NCBI RefSeq assembly: GCF_032444005.1
Contig: NC_091288.1
Coordinates: 214,706,001-214,770,000, forward strand
Source of the DNA: Ranitomeya imitator
Taxonomy: Eukaryota
Direction of reading: 5' to 3'
DNA: 64,000 nt
The position numbers and the translations under genes are program-made. Positions 48,200 to 61,100 of this stretch are shown one piece after another (the first letter of the stretch is position 1; each line of letters opens with the position of its first letter). The notes under the pieces were generated by a model that searched no databases, had not been told where the DNA came from, and worked only from the letters and a program-made list of their open reading frames with translations.

Positions 48200-49302
48200 A
48201 CTACAACTCCCAGGCACATACAAGAGTACTACAACTCCCATGTTATCATATAGGAGAACTACAACTCCCAGGCAATCAGAGACAAGAACTACAACTCCCA
48301 GGCAATCAGAGACAAGAGAACTACAACTCCCAGGCAATCAGAGACAAGAGAACTACAACTCCCAGGCAATCAGAGACAAGAACTACAACTCCCAGGCAAT
48401 GAGATACAAAAGAACTACAACTCCCAGGCAATCAGATACAAGAGAACTACAACTCCCAGGCAATCAGAGACAAGAACTACAACTCCCAGGCAATCAGAGA
48501 CAAGAGAACTACAACTCCCAGGCAATCAGAGACAAAAGAACTACAACTCCCAGGCAATCAGATACAAAAGAACTACAACTCCCAGGCAATCAGATACAAG
48601 AGAACTACAACTCCCAGGCAATCAGATACAAGAGAACTACAACTCCCAGGCAATCAGAGACAAGAGAACCACAACTCCCAGGCAATCAGAGACAAGAGAA
48701 CTACAACTCCCAGGCAATCAGAGACAAGAGAACCACAACTCCCAGGCAATCAGAGACAAGAGAACTACAACTCCCAGGCAATCAGAGACAAGAGAACTAC
48801 AACTCCCAGGCAATCAGAGACAAGAGAACTACAACTCCCAGGCAATCAGAGACAAGAGTACTACAACTCCCAGGCAATCAGAGACAAGAGAACTACAACT
48901 CCCAGGCAATCAGATACAAGAGAACTACAACTCCCAGGCAATCAGATACAAGAGAACTACAACTCCCAGGCAATCAGAGACAAGAACTACAACTCCCAGG
49001 CAATGAGATACAAAAGAACTACAACTCCCAGGCAATCAGATACAAGAGAACTACAACTCCCAGGCAATCAGAGACAAGAGAACTACAACTCCCAGGCAAT
49101 CAGAGACAAGAGAACTACAACTCCCAGGCAATCAGAGACAAGAGAACTACAACTCCCAGGCAATCAGAGACAAGAGAACTACAACTCCCAGGTTATCATA
49201 TAGAACTACAACTCCCAGGCAATCAGAGACAAGAGAACCACAACTCCCAGGTTATCATATAGAACTACAACTCCCAGGTTATCATATAGAACTACAACTC
49301 CC
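48200..49302. repeat. 32-34 bp minisatellite (about 33 copies) upstream of the WDR24 coding region
   Basis: Unit GAACTACAACTCCCAGGCAATCAGAGACAAGA. Confidence 0.96.
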
Positions 49303-50032
49303 ATGTAATCCTTCTCTCCATCCACCTTCAGGAGAACCACAAGTTGCAGGAAGTCCGCCGCTCCACTAAGAGTAACGAAGAAGACGCCACCTGCTCCTGT
49401 AAACAATGACAAAGTATCCGGGGAAGCAGAATGCTGGTGCACCTGCAGTGTCCGGCCACCAACCTCACCCACCCGTCTGCCCACAGTCACCCGCGGCACC
49501 CGGGCACTCACCGGCTCACTCGTGACACCGGAAACAGCGTAGACTGTAAATGGTCCGACGCTTATTTTCATCCCCATGTGCTCAGTAATCCCAGAATAAA
49601 GGTTCCGTCTGGTGTGTGACAGTGGCCTGACCTGTGTGTGTGTGAGGCGGCGGGGCCGGACATGGGCAGCACTCAGTGACCCCGGGACTGTCCCTGTGCC
49701 CCCATAGCGATGTCTGCTGTTAGACCCCCATAAACAGGATAACTCGGGGTCGTCTATCAGTTTTGGGCTGGTTTTTGTTGCAGGCGACTTGTTCTCCTCC
49801 GTTCGGTGTTCCCGCCGCCCCGGTCCGTGTTTCCTCGCTGCTCGCTCTTCGCTTTCCAGGTCTCCTTCTCGCCTTCCAAGTGCTGCACAGTGAGGAGTCA
49901 GTGGTGTCCGGATGTTTGATGATATTTGTTTTTTTTATTACTTTTTGGGGAGGAAAAGTGACCAGAAAAAAATCCATTCTTCCTCCTCGTTCTTTTCCCG
50001 TCTCGGCATTCAGTGTATAGCTTGCTGCCTCC

Positions 50033-53000
50033 GGTGACCTCTGTTACCCGCCTGTGACCTCTGTTACCCGCCTGTGACCTCTGTTACCCGCCTGTGACCT
50101 CTGTTACCCGCCTGTGACCTCTGTTACCCGCCTGTGACCTCTGTTACCCGCCTGTGACCTCTGTTACCCGCCTGTGACCTCTGTTACCCGCCTGTGACCT
50201 CTGTTACCCACCTGCAGTCTCCGGTGACCTCTGTTACCCGCCTGTGACCTCTGTTACCCGCCTGTGACCTCTGTTACCCGCCTGTGACCTCTGTTACCCA
50301 CCTGTGACCTCTGTTACCCACCTGCAGTCTCCGGTGACCTCTGTTACCCACCTGTGACCTCTGTTACCCGCCTGTGACCTCTGTTACCCGCCTGTGACCT
50401 CTGTTACCCGCCTGTGACCTCTGTTACCCGCCTGTGACCTCTGTTACCCACCTGCAGTCTCCGGTGACCTCTGTTACCCGCCTGTGACCTCTGTTACCCG
50501 CCTGTGACCTCTGTTACCCGCCTGTGACCTCTGTTACCCACCTGTGACCTCTGTTACCCACCTGCAGTCTCCGGTGACCTCTGTTACCCACCTGTGACCT
50601 CTGTTACCCGCCTGTGACCTCTGTTACCCACCTGTGGTTTCTGGTGACCTCTGTTACCCACCTGCGGTCTCCGGTGACCTCTGTTACCCACCTGTGACCT
50701 CTGTTACCCACCTGTGACCTCTGTTACCCGCCTGTGACCTCTGTTACCCGCCTGTGACCTCTGTTACCCACCTGCGGTCTCCGGTGACCTCTGTTACCCG
50801 CCTGTGACCTCTGTTACCCGCCTGTGACCTCTGTTACCCACCTGCGGTCTCCGGTGACCTCTGTTACCCACCTGTGACCTCTGTTACCCACCTGTGACCT
50901 CTGTTACCCACCTGTGACCTCTGTTACCCACCTGCAGTCTCCGGTGACCTCTGTTACCCACCTGTGACCTCTGTTACCCGCCTGTGACCTCTGTTACCCA
51001 CCTGTGGTTTCTGGTGACCTCTGTTACCCACCTGCGGTCTCCGGTGACCTCTGTTACCCACCTGTGACCTCTGTTACCCGCCTGTGACCTCTGTTACCCG
51101 CCTGTGACCTCTGTTACCCACCTGCGGTCTCCGGTGACCTCTGTTACCCACCTGTGACCTCTGTTACCCACCTGTGACCTCTGTTACCCACCTGTGACCT
51201 CTGTTACCCACCTGTGACCTCTGTTACCCACCTGTGACCTCTGTTACCCACCTGTGACCTCTGTTACCCACCTGCAGTCTCCGGTGACCTCTGTTACCCA
51301 CCTGTGACCTCTGTTACCCACCTGTGACCTCTGTTACCCACCTGTGACCTCTGTTACCCACCTGTAGTCTCCGGTGACCTCTGTTACCCACCTGTGACCT
51401 CTGTTACCCACCTGTGACCTCTGTTACCCACCTGCACTCTCCGGTGACCTCTGTTACCCACCTGTGACCTCTGTTACCCGCCTGTGACCTCTGTTACCCA
51501 CCTGTGGTTTCTGGTGACCTCTGTTACCCACCTGCGGTCTCCGGTGACCTCTGTTACCCGCCTGTGACCTCTGTTACCCGCCTGTGACCTCTGTTACCCA
51601 CCTGCGGTCTCCGGTGACCTCTGTTACCCGCCTGTGACCTCTGTTACCCACCTGCGGTCTCCAGTGACCTCTGTTACCCACCTGTGACCTCTGTTACCCA
51701 CCTGTGACCTCTGTTACCCGCCTGTGACCTCTGTTACCCGCCTGTGACCTCTGTTACCCACCTGTGACCTCTGTTACCCACCTGCGGTCTCCGGTGACCT
51801 CTGTTACCCACCTGTGACCTCTGTTACCCACCTGTGACCTCTGTTACCCACCTGTGACCTCTGTTACCCACCTGCAGTCTCCGGTGACCTCTGTTACCCA
51901 CCTGTGACCTCTGTTACCCACCTGTGACCTCTGTTACCCACCTGCAGTCTCCGGTGACCTCTGTTACCCACCTGTGACCTCTGTTACCCACCTGTGACCT
52001 CTGTTACCCACCTGCAGTCTCCGGTGACCTCTGTTACCCACCTGTGACCTCTGTTACCCGCCTGTGACCTCTGTTACCCACCTGTGGTTTCTGGTGACCT
52101 CTGTTACCCACCTGCGGTCTCCGGTGACCTCTGTTACCCACCTGTGACCTCTGTTACCCGCCTGTGACCTCTGTTACCCGCCTGTGACCTCTGTTACCCA
52201 CTTGCGGTCTCCGGTGACCTCTGTTACCCGCCTGTGACCTCTGTTACCCGCCTGTGACCTCTGTTACCCACCTGCGGTCTCCGGTGACCTCTGTTACCCA
52301 CCTGTGACCTCTGTTACCCACCTGTGACCTCTGTTACCCACCTGTGACCTCTGTTACCCACCTGTGACCTCTGTTACCCGCCTGTGACCTCTGTTACCCG
52401 CCTGTGACCTCTGTTACCCACCTGTGACCTCTGTTACCCACCTGTGACCTCTGTTACCCACCTGTGACCTCTGTTACCCACCTGTGACCTCTGTTACCCA
52501 CCTGTGACCTCTGTTACCCACCTGTGACCTCTGTTACCCACCTGTGACCTCTGTTACCCACCTGTGGTCTCCGGTGACCTCTGTTACCCACCTGTGACCT
52601 CTGTTACCCACCTGCAGTCTCCGGTGACCTCTGTTACCCACCTGTGACCTCTGTTACCCACCTGTGACCTCTGTTACCCACCTGCAGTCTCCGGTGACCT
52701 CTGTTACCCACCTGTGACCTCTGTTACCCGCCTGTGACCTCTGTTACCCACCTGTGGTTTCTGGTGACCTCTGTTACCCACCTGCGGTCTCCGGTGACCT
52801 CTGTTACCCGCCTGTGACCTCTGTTACCCGCCTGTGACCTCTGTTACCCACCTGCGGTCTCCGGTGACCTCTGTTACCCGCCTGTGACCTCTGTTACCCA
52901 CCTGCGGTCTCCAGTGACCTCTGTTACCCGCCTGTGACCTCTGTTACCCACCTGTGACCTCTGTTACCCACCTGTGACCTCTGTTACCCACCTGTGACCT

Positions 53001-55880
53001 CTGTTACCCGCCTGTGACCTCTGTTACCCGCCTGTGACCTCTGTTACCCACCTGCGGTCTCCGGTGACCTCTGTTACCCACCTGTGACCTCTGTTACCCA
53101 CCTGTGACCTCTGTTACCCACCTGTGACCTCTGTTACCCACCTGTGACCTCTGTTACCCACCTGCAGTCTCCGGTGACCTCTGTTACCCACCTGTGACCT
53201 CTGTTACCCACCTGTGACCTCTGTTACCCACCTGCAGTCTCCGGTGACCTCTGTTACCCACCTGTGACCTCTGTTACCCACCTGTGACCTCTGTTACCCA
53301 CCTGCAGTCTCCGGTGACCTCTGTTACCCACCTGTGACCTCTGTTACCCGCCTGTGACCTCTGTTACCCACCTGTGGTTTCTGGTGACCTCTGTTACCCA
53401 CCTGTGACCTCTGTTACCCGCCTGTGACCTCTTACCCGCCTGTGACCTCTGTTACCCACCTGCGGTCTCCGGTGACCTCTGTTACCCGCCTGTGACCTCT
53501 GTTACCCGCCTGTGACCTCTGTTACCCACCTGCGGTCTCCGGTGACCTCTGTTACCCACCTGTGACCTCTGTTACCCACCTGTGACCTCTGTTACCCACC
53601 TGTGACCTCTGTTACCCACCTGTGACCTCTGTTACCCGCCTGTGACCTCTGTTACCCGCCTGTGACCTCTGTTACCCACCTGTGACCTCTGTTACCCACC
53701 TGCGGTCTCCGGTGACCTCTGTTACCCACCTGTGACCTCTGTTACCCACCTGTGACCTCTGTTACCCACCTGTGACCTCTGTTACCCACCTGTGACCTCT
53801 GTTACCCACCTGCAGTCTCCGGTGACCTCTGTTACCCACCTGTGACCTCTGTTACCCACCTGTGACCTCTGTTACCCACCTGTGACCTCTGTTACCCACC
53901 TGTGACCTCTGTTACCCACCTGCAGTCTCCGGTGACCTCTGTTACCCACCTGTGACCTCTGTTACCCACCTGTGACCTCTGTTACCCACCTGCAGTCTCC
54001 GGTGACCTCTGTTACCCACCTGTGACCTCTGTTACCCGCCTGTGACCTCTGTTACCCACCTGTGGTTTCTGGTGACCTCTGTTACCCACCTGCGGTCTCC
54101 GGTGACCTCTGTTACCCACCTGTGACCTCTGTTACCCGCCTGTGACCTCTGTTACCCGCCTGTGACCTCTGTTACCCACCTGCGGTCTCCGGTGACCTCT
54201 GTTACCCGCCTGTGACCTCTGTTACCCGCCTGTGACCTCTGTTACCCACCTGCGGTCTCCGGTGACCTCTGTTACCCACCTGTGACCTCTGTTACCCACC
54301 TGTGACCTCTGTTACCCGCCTGTGACCTCTGTTACCCGCCTGTGACCTCTGTTACCCACCTGTGACCTCTGTTACCCACCTGCGGTCTCCGGTGACCTCT
54401 GTTACCCACCTGTGACCTCTGTTACCCACCTGTGACCTCTGTTACCCACCTGTGACCTCTGTTACCCACCTGTGACCTCTGTTACCCACCTGTGACCTCT
54501 GTTACCCACCTGCAGTCTCCGGTGACCTCTGTTACCCACCTGTGACCTCTGTTACCCACCTGTGACCTCTGTTACCCACCTGCAGTCTCCGGTGACCTCT
54601 GTTACCCACCTGTGACCTCTGTTACCCACCTGTGACCTCTGTTACCCACCTGCAGTCTCCGGTGACCTCTGTTACCCACCTGTGACCTCTGTTACCCGCC
54701 TGTGACCTCTGTTACCCACCTGTGGTTTCTGGTGACCTCTGTTACCCACCTGCGGTCTCCGGTGACCTCTGTTACCCACCTGTGACCTCTGTTACCCGCC
54801 TGTGACCTCTGTTACCCGCCTGTGACCTCTGTTACCCACCTGCGGTCTCCGGTGACCTCTGTTACCCGCCTGTGACCTCTGTTACCCGCCTGTGACCTCT
54901 GTTACCCACCTGCGGTCTCCGGTGACCTCTGTTACCCACCTGTGACCTCTGTTACCCACCTGTGACCTCTGTTACCCACCTGTGACCTCTGTTACCCACC
55001 TGTGACCTCTGTTACCCGCCTGTGACCTCTGTTACCCACCTGTGACCTCTGTTACCCACCTGCGGTCTCCGGTGACCTCTGTTACCCACCTGTGACCTCT
55101 GTTACCCACCTGTGACCTCTGTTACCCACCTGTGACCTCTGTTACCCACCTGTGACCTCTGTTACCCGCCTGTGACCTCTGTTACCCGCCTGTGACCTCT
55201 GTTACCCGCCTGTGACCTCTGTTACCCACCTGCGGTCTCCGGTGACCTCTGTTACCCACCTGTGACCTCTGTTACCCACCTGTGACCTCTGTTACCCACC
55301 TGTGACCTCTGTTACCCACCTGTGACCTCTGTTACCCACCTGTGACCTCTGTTACCCACCTGCAGTCTCCGGTGACCTCTGTTACCCACCTGTGACCTCT
55401 GTTACCCACCTGTGACCTCTGTTACCCACCTGCAGTCTCCGGTGACCTCTGTTACCCACCTGTGACCTCTGTTACCCGCCTGTGACCTCTGTTACCCACC
55501 TGTGGTTTCTGGTGACCTATGTTACCCACCTGCGGTCTCCGGTGACCTCTGTTACCCACCTGCGGTCTCCGGTGACCTCTGTTACCCGCCTGTGACCTCT
55601 GTTACCCGCCTGTGACCTCTGTTACCCACCTGTGGTTTCTGGTGACCTCTGTTACCCACCTGTGACCTCTGTTACCCGCCTGTGACCTCTGTTACCCGCC
55701 TGTGACCTCTGTTACCCACCTGTGACCTCTGTTACCCACCTGCGGTCTCCGGTGACTTCTGTTACCCAGCTGTGACCTCTGTTACCCGCCTGTGACCTCT
55801 GTTACCCACCTGTGGTTTCTGGTGACCTCTGTTACCCACCTGTGACCTCTGTTACCCGCCTGTGGTCTCCGGTGACCTCT
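50033..55880. repeat. 20-bp satellite with interspersed longer variant units
   Basis: GTGACCTCTGTTACCCRCCT, periodically extended by GCAGTCTCCG / GCGGTCTCCG / GTGGTTTCTG. Confidence 0.98.
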
Positions 55881-56960
55881 GTTACCCACCTGTGGTCTCC
55901 GGTGACCTCTGCTGCCTATCTGCGGTCTCCGGTGACCTCTGCTGCCCGCCTGCGGTCTCCGGTGACCTCTGCTGCCCGCCTGCTGCCTCCGGTGACCTCT
56001 GCTGCCTACCTGCGGTCTCCGGTGACCTCTGCGGTCTCCGGTGACCTCTGCTGCCTGCCTGCGGTCTCCGGTGACCTCTGCTGCCTGCCTGCGGTCTCCG
56101 GTGACCTCTGTTGCCTGCCTGCGGTCTCCGGTGACCTCTGCTATCTGCCTGTGGTCTCCGCTTACCTCTGCTATCTGCCTGCGGTCTCCGGTGACCTCTG
56201 CTACCTGCCTGCTGTCTTCGGTGACCTCTTTTGCCCGCCTGCGGTCTCCGGTGACCTCTGCTATCTGCCTGTGGTCTCCGCTTACCTCTGCTGCCTGCCT
56301 GCGGTCTCCGGTGACCTCTGCTGCCTGCCTGCGGTCTCCGGTGACCTCTGTTGCCTGCCTGCGGTCTCCGGTGACCTCTGCTATCTGCCTGCGGTCTCCG
56401 GTGACCTCTGCTATCTGCCTGCGGTCTCCGCTTACCTCTGCTATCTGCCTGCGGTCTCCGCTTACCTCTGCTATCTGCCTGCGGTCTCCGGTGACCTCTG
56501 CTATCTGCCTGCGGTCTCCGGTGACCTCTGCTATCTGCCTGCGGTCTCCGCTTACCTCTGCTATCTGCCTGCGGTCTCCGGTGACCTCTGCTGCCTGCCT
56601 GCGGTCTCCGGTGACCTCTGTTGCCTGCCTGCGGTCTCCGGTGACCTCTGCTATCTGCCTGCGGTCTCCGGTGACCTCTGCTATCTGCCTGCGGTCTCCG
56701 GTGACCTCTGCTATCTGCCTGCGGTCTCCGCTTACCTCTGCTATCTGCCTGCGGTCTCCGGTGACCTCTGCTATCTGCCTGCGGTCTCCGGTGACCTCTG
56801 CTATCTGCCTGCGGTCTCCGGTGACCTCTGCTATCTGCCTGCGGTCTCCGCTTACCTCTGCTATCTGCCTGCGGTCTCCGGTGACCTCTGCTACCTGCCT
56901 GCTGTCTTCGGTGACCTCTTTTGCCCGCCTGCGGTCTCCTGTGACCTCTGCTGCCTGCCT
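55880..56960. repeat. 30-bp derivative satellite continuous with the 20-mer array
   Basis: GTGACCTCTGCTATCTGCCTGCGGTCTCCG; 10-aa periodicity. Confidence 0.95.
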
Positions 56961-57179
56961 GCGGTCTTCTGTGACCCACCAGGACCTTGGTCTTTGAGGA
57001 TCCATCTTCCCAGGTGAGACTAGCCTGTTTATCGGATCGATCTTTCTAGCCTTCATATTGCACCCACAGTCCCGTCCGATACGGATTGTTAGCTCGCCAT
57101 CGGACAGGGAGCTGGTGTAAAATGCCCCCCATGATGGCTGTCTGAGGGGGCTACACACCGAGTAATGACACTGGCAGTT

Positions 57180-57310
57180 CTAGCATCTGGTAAAATAGTT
57201 CTTTATTTTAAGTCCATTAAAAATGTTAAAAAATTACCAAGATTGCATAGACAGGACAAGGGAGCACGACGCGTTTCGAATGCTCACTTGCGTTCTTTAT
57301 CACAGCTGTT
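57180..57310 (-). mobile_element. Penelope-like LTR relic with eroded hammerhead motif
   Basis: GACGCGTTTCG..stem..ATCACAG preceded by a TTCTTTATT tract; family call is inferred. Confidence 0.5.
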
Positions 57311-57499
57311 TTTTCCTTGTCCGGTGGCAGAGGTGCAGCGGCAGAGGAGGCGCAGTAAGCGGGGTCCCTTTCTCCGGTGAGGTGATGCAGCAGCCCGGTA
57401 TGCAGCAGAGCCGGGTGAATCCTGTTGTTATCGGTGGGCGCGGCCATTTTCCTGAGGCCGCGCGTGCGCAGATGAAGCGCTCTGCTTCCCGGGGCTGCG

Positions 57500-57783
57500 C
57501 TAACGGACTGCGCTAACACAATGTGCAAAAAGGGATTGCGTTTAGTGATCCCGCTAGCGCAGATGCCCGATCTGCGCTAGCGAGAAACGGACCTAGAACG
57601 CTGCAAGCAGCGTCCGAGGTCCGTCCGAAACTAACGGGACATCACTAACGCATGACAAAAATGGCATGCGTTAGCGGTGTTCAATACATTGCGGTCAATG
57701 CGGATTCTTTACATAGCGTTAATTGCGCCATGTAACGGATTCCGTCAGCGGACACCCACTAACGCAATGTGAACCCAGCCTAA
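57500..57783. mobile_element. MITE fragment (PIF/Harbinger-like end)
   Basis: Ends AACGCAATGTGAACCCAGCC|TAA; internal short palindromes (CGCTAGCGCAGAT..ATCTGCGCTAGCG). Confidence 0.55.
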
Positions 57784-58164
57784 CACTTTAGATATCCGTT
57801 TCAGTCGCTGACAGCGGCCTTCAGGCGGATCCGTCGCATCGGTGCCCAGTGGGGACGGAGCCCGGGCAGCCGACCCATCACAGCCTGGCGGAAGAAATAA
57901 GAAATGATTTTATAGATCTTATAAATATATACAGTTTTCTATCGCCCCGACGCCTATTCCCAGGGCAAAAATAAAGACAAATACCTTCCCTCCCCCGGTA
58001 TTTCCACAGCTGCAAAACGCCAGAATTGTAGGTTTCCATCACCGCATTTCACCTAAAAACGCAACAAACAGTCGTCCGTCGTCTGCAGCGGTCACTGAAG
58101 TCAGAGGTCCGAGAGCGTCAAAGTACAACTGTATATCTGTAATGTGTGATACGAGGGACAGACA

Positions 58165-61100
58165 CAGCTATGTATCCCTCTGTCTCGCACGCTCTCTCTT
58201 CCTCTGTCTCGCACGCTCTCTCTTCCTCTGTCTCGCACGCTCTCTTCCTCTGTCTCGCACGCTCTCTCTTCCTCTGTCTCGCACGCTCTCTCTTCCTGTC
58301 TCGCACGCTCTCTTCCTCTGTCGCGCGCTCTCTCTTCCTCTGTCGCGCGCTCTCTCTTCCTCTGTCGCGCGCTCTCTCTTCCTCTGTCGCGCGCGCTCTC
58401 TTCCTCTGTCTCGCGCTCTCTTCCTCTGTCTCGCGCTCTCTTCCTCTGTCTCGCGCTCTCTTCCTCTGTCTCGCGCTCTCTTCCTCTGTCTCGCGCTCTC
58501 TTCCTCTGTCTCGCGCTCTCTTCCTCTGTCTCGCGCTCTCTTCCTCTGTCTCGCGCTCTCTTCCTCTGTCTCGCGCTCTCTTCCTCTGTCTCGCGCTCTC
58601 TTCCTCTGTCTCGCGCTCTCTTCCTCTGTCTCGCGCTCTCTTCCTGTCTCGCGCTCTCTTCCTCTGTCTCGCGCTCTCTTCCTCTGTCTCGCGCTCTCTT
58701 CCTCTGTCTCGCGCTCTCTTCCTCTGTCTCGCGCTCTCTTCCTCTGTCTCGCGCTCTCTTCCTCTGTCTCGCGCTCTCTTCCTGTCTCGCGCTCTCTTCC
58801 TCTGTCTCGCTCGCGCTCTCTTCCTCTGTCTCGCGCTCTCTTCCTCTGTCTCGCGCTCTCTTCCTCTGTCTCGCGCTCTCTTCCTCTGTCTCGCGCTCTC
58901 TTCCTCTGTCTCGCGCTCTCTTCCTCTGTCTCGCGCTCTCTTCCTCTGTCTCGCGCTCTCTTCCTCTCTCGCGCTCTCTTCCTCTCTCGCGCTCTCTTCC
59001 TCTGTCTCGCGCTCTCTCTTCCTCTGTCGCGCTCTCTCTCTTCCTCTGTCTCGCGCTCTTTCTCTTCCTCTGTCGCGCTCTCTCTCTTCCTCTGTCGCGC
59101 GCTCTCTCTTCCTCTGTCGCGCGCTCTCTCTTCCTCTGTCGCGCGCTCTCTCTTCCTCTGTCGCGCGCTCTCTCTTCCTCTGTCGCGCGCTCTCTCTTCC
59201 TCTGTCGCGCGCTCTCTTCCTCTGTCGCGCTCTCTCTCTTCCTCTGTCGCGCTCTCTCTTCCTCTGTCGCGCTCTCTCTCTTCCTCTGTCGCGCTCTCTC
59301 TCTTCCTCTGTCGCGCTCTCTCTCTTCCTCTGTCGCGCTCTCTCTCTTCCTCTGTCGCGCTCTCTCTCTTCCTCTGTCGCGCTCTCTCTCTTCCTCTGTC
59401 GCGCTCTCTCTCTTCCTCTGTCGCGCTCTCTCTCTTCCTCTGTCGCGCTCTCTCTCTTCCTCTGTCGCGCTCTCTCTCTTCCTCTGTCGCGCTCTCTCTC
59501 TTCCTCTGTCGCGCTCTCTCTCTTCCTCTGTCGCGCTCTCTCTCTTCCTCTGTCGCGCGCTCTCTCTTCCTCTGTCGCGCTCTCTCTCTCTTCCTCTGTC
59601 GCGCTCTCTCTCTCTTCCTCTGTCGCGCGCTCTCTCTTCCTGTCGCGCTCTCTCTCTCTTCCTCTGTCGCGCTCTCTCTCTCTTCCTCTGTCGCGCTCTC
59701 TCTCTCTTCCTCTGTCGCGCTCTCTCTCTCTTCCTCTGTCGCGCTCTCTCTCTCTTCCTCTGTCGCGCTCTCTCTCTCTTCCTCTGTCGCGCTCTCTCTC
59801 TCTTCCTCTGTCGCGCTCTCTCTCTCTTCCTCTGTCGCGCTCTCTCTCTCTTCCTCTGTCGCGCTCTCTCTCTCTTCCTCTGTCGCGCTCTCTCTCTCTT
59901 CCTCTGTCGCGCTCTCTCTCTCTTCCTCTGTCGCGCTCTCTCTCTCTTCCTCTGTCGCGCTCTCTCTCTTCCTCTGTCGCGCTCTCTCTCTTCCTCTGTC
60001 GCGCTCTCTCTCTCTCTTCCTCTGTCGCGCTCTCTCTCTCTCTTCCTCTGTCGCGCTCTCTCTCTCTCTTCCTCTGTCGCGCTCTCTCTCTCTCTTCCTC
60101 TGTCGCGCTCTCTCTCTCTCTTCCTCTGTCGCGCTCTCTCTCTCTCTTCCTCTGTCGCGCTCTCTCTCTCTCTTCCTCTGTCGCGCTCTCTCTCTCTCTT
60201 CCTCTGTCGCGCTCTCTCTTCCTCTGTCGCGCTCTCTCTTCCTCTGTCGCGCTCTCTCTTCCTCTGTCGCGCTCTCTCTTCCTCTGTCGCGCTCTCTCTT
60301 CCTCTGTCGCGCTCTCTCTTCCTCTGTCGCGCTCTCTCTTCCTCTGTCGCGCTCTCTCTTCCTCTGTCGCGCTCTCTCTTCCTCTGTCGCGCTCTCTCTT
60401 CCTCTGTCGCGCTCTCTCTTCCTCTGTCGCGCTCTCTCTTCCTCTGTCGCGCTCTCTCTTCCTCTGTCGCGCTCTCTCTTCCTCTGTCGCGCTCTCTCTT
60501 CCTCTGTCGCGCTCTCTCTTCCTCTGTCGCGCTCTCTCTTCCTCTGTCGCGCTCTCTCTTCCTCTGTCGCGCTCTCTCTTCCTCTGTCGCGCTCTCTCTT
60601 CCTCTGTCGCGCTCTCTCTTCCTCTGTCGCGCTCTCTCTTCCTCTGTCGCGCTCTCTCTTCCTCTGTCGCGCTCTCTCTTCCTCTGTCGCGCTCTCTCTT
60701 CCTCTGTCGCGCGCGCTCTCTCTTCCTCTGTCGCGCGCGCTCTCTCTTCCTCTGTCGCGCGCGCTCTCTCTTCCTCTGTCGCGCGCGCTCTCTCTTCCTC
60801 TGTCGCGCGCGCTCTCTCTTCCTCTGTCGCGCGCGCTCTCTCTTCCTCTGTCGCGCGCGCTCTCTCTTCCTCTGTCGCGCTCTCTCTCTCTTCCTCTGTC
60901 GCGCTCTCTCTCTCTTCCTCTGTCGCGCTCTCTCTTCCTCTGTCGCGCTCTCTCTTCCTCTGTCGCGCTCTCTCTTCCTGTCGCGCTCTCTCTTCCTCTG
61001 TCGCGCTCTCTCTCTTCCTCTGTCGCGCTCTCTCTCTTCCTCTGTCGCGCTCTCTCTCTTCCTCTGTCGCGCTCTCTCTCTTCCTCTGTCGCGCTCTCTC

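Noticed and set aside
49300-50030. CpG-rich stretch as the WDR24 promoter or first non-coding exon (possible donor CAG|GTCAGG near 49625, minus strand)
   Set aside because: Plausible, but cannot be fixed without transcript data.
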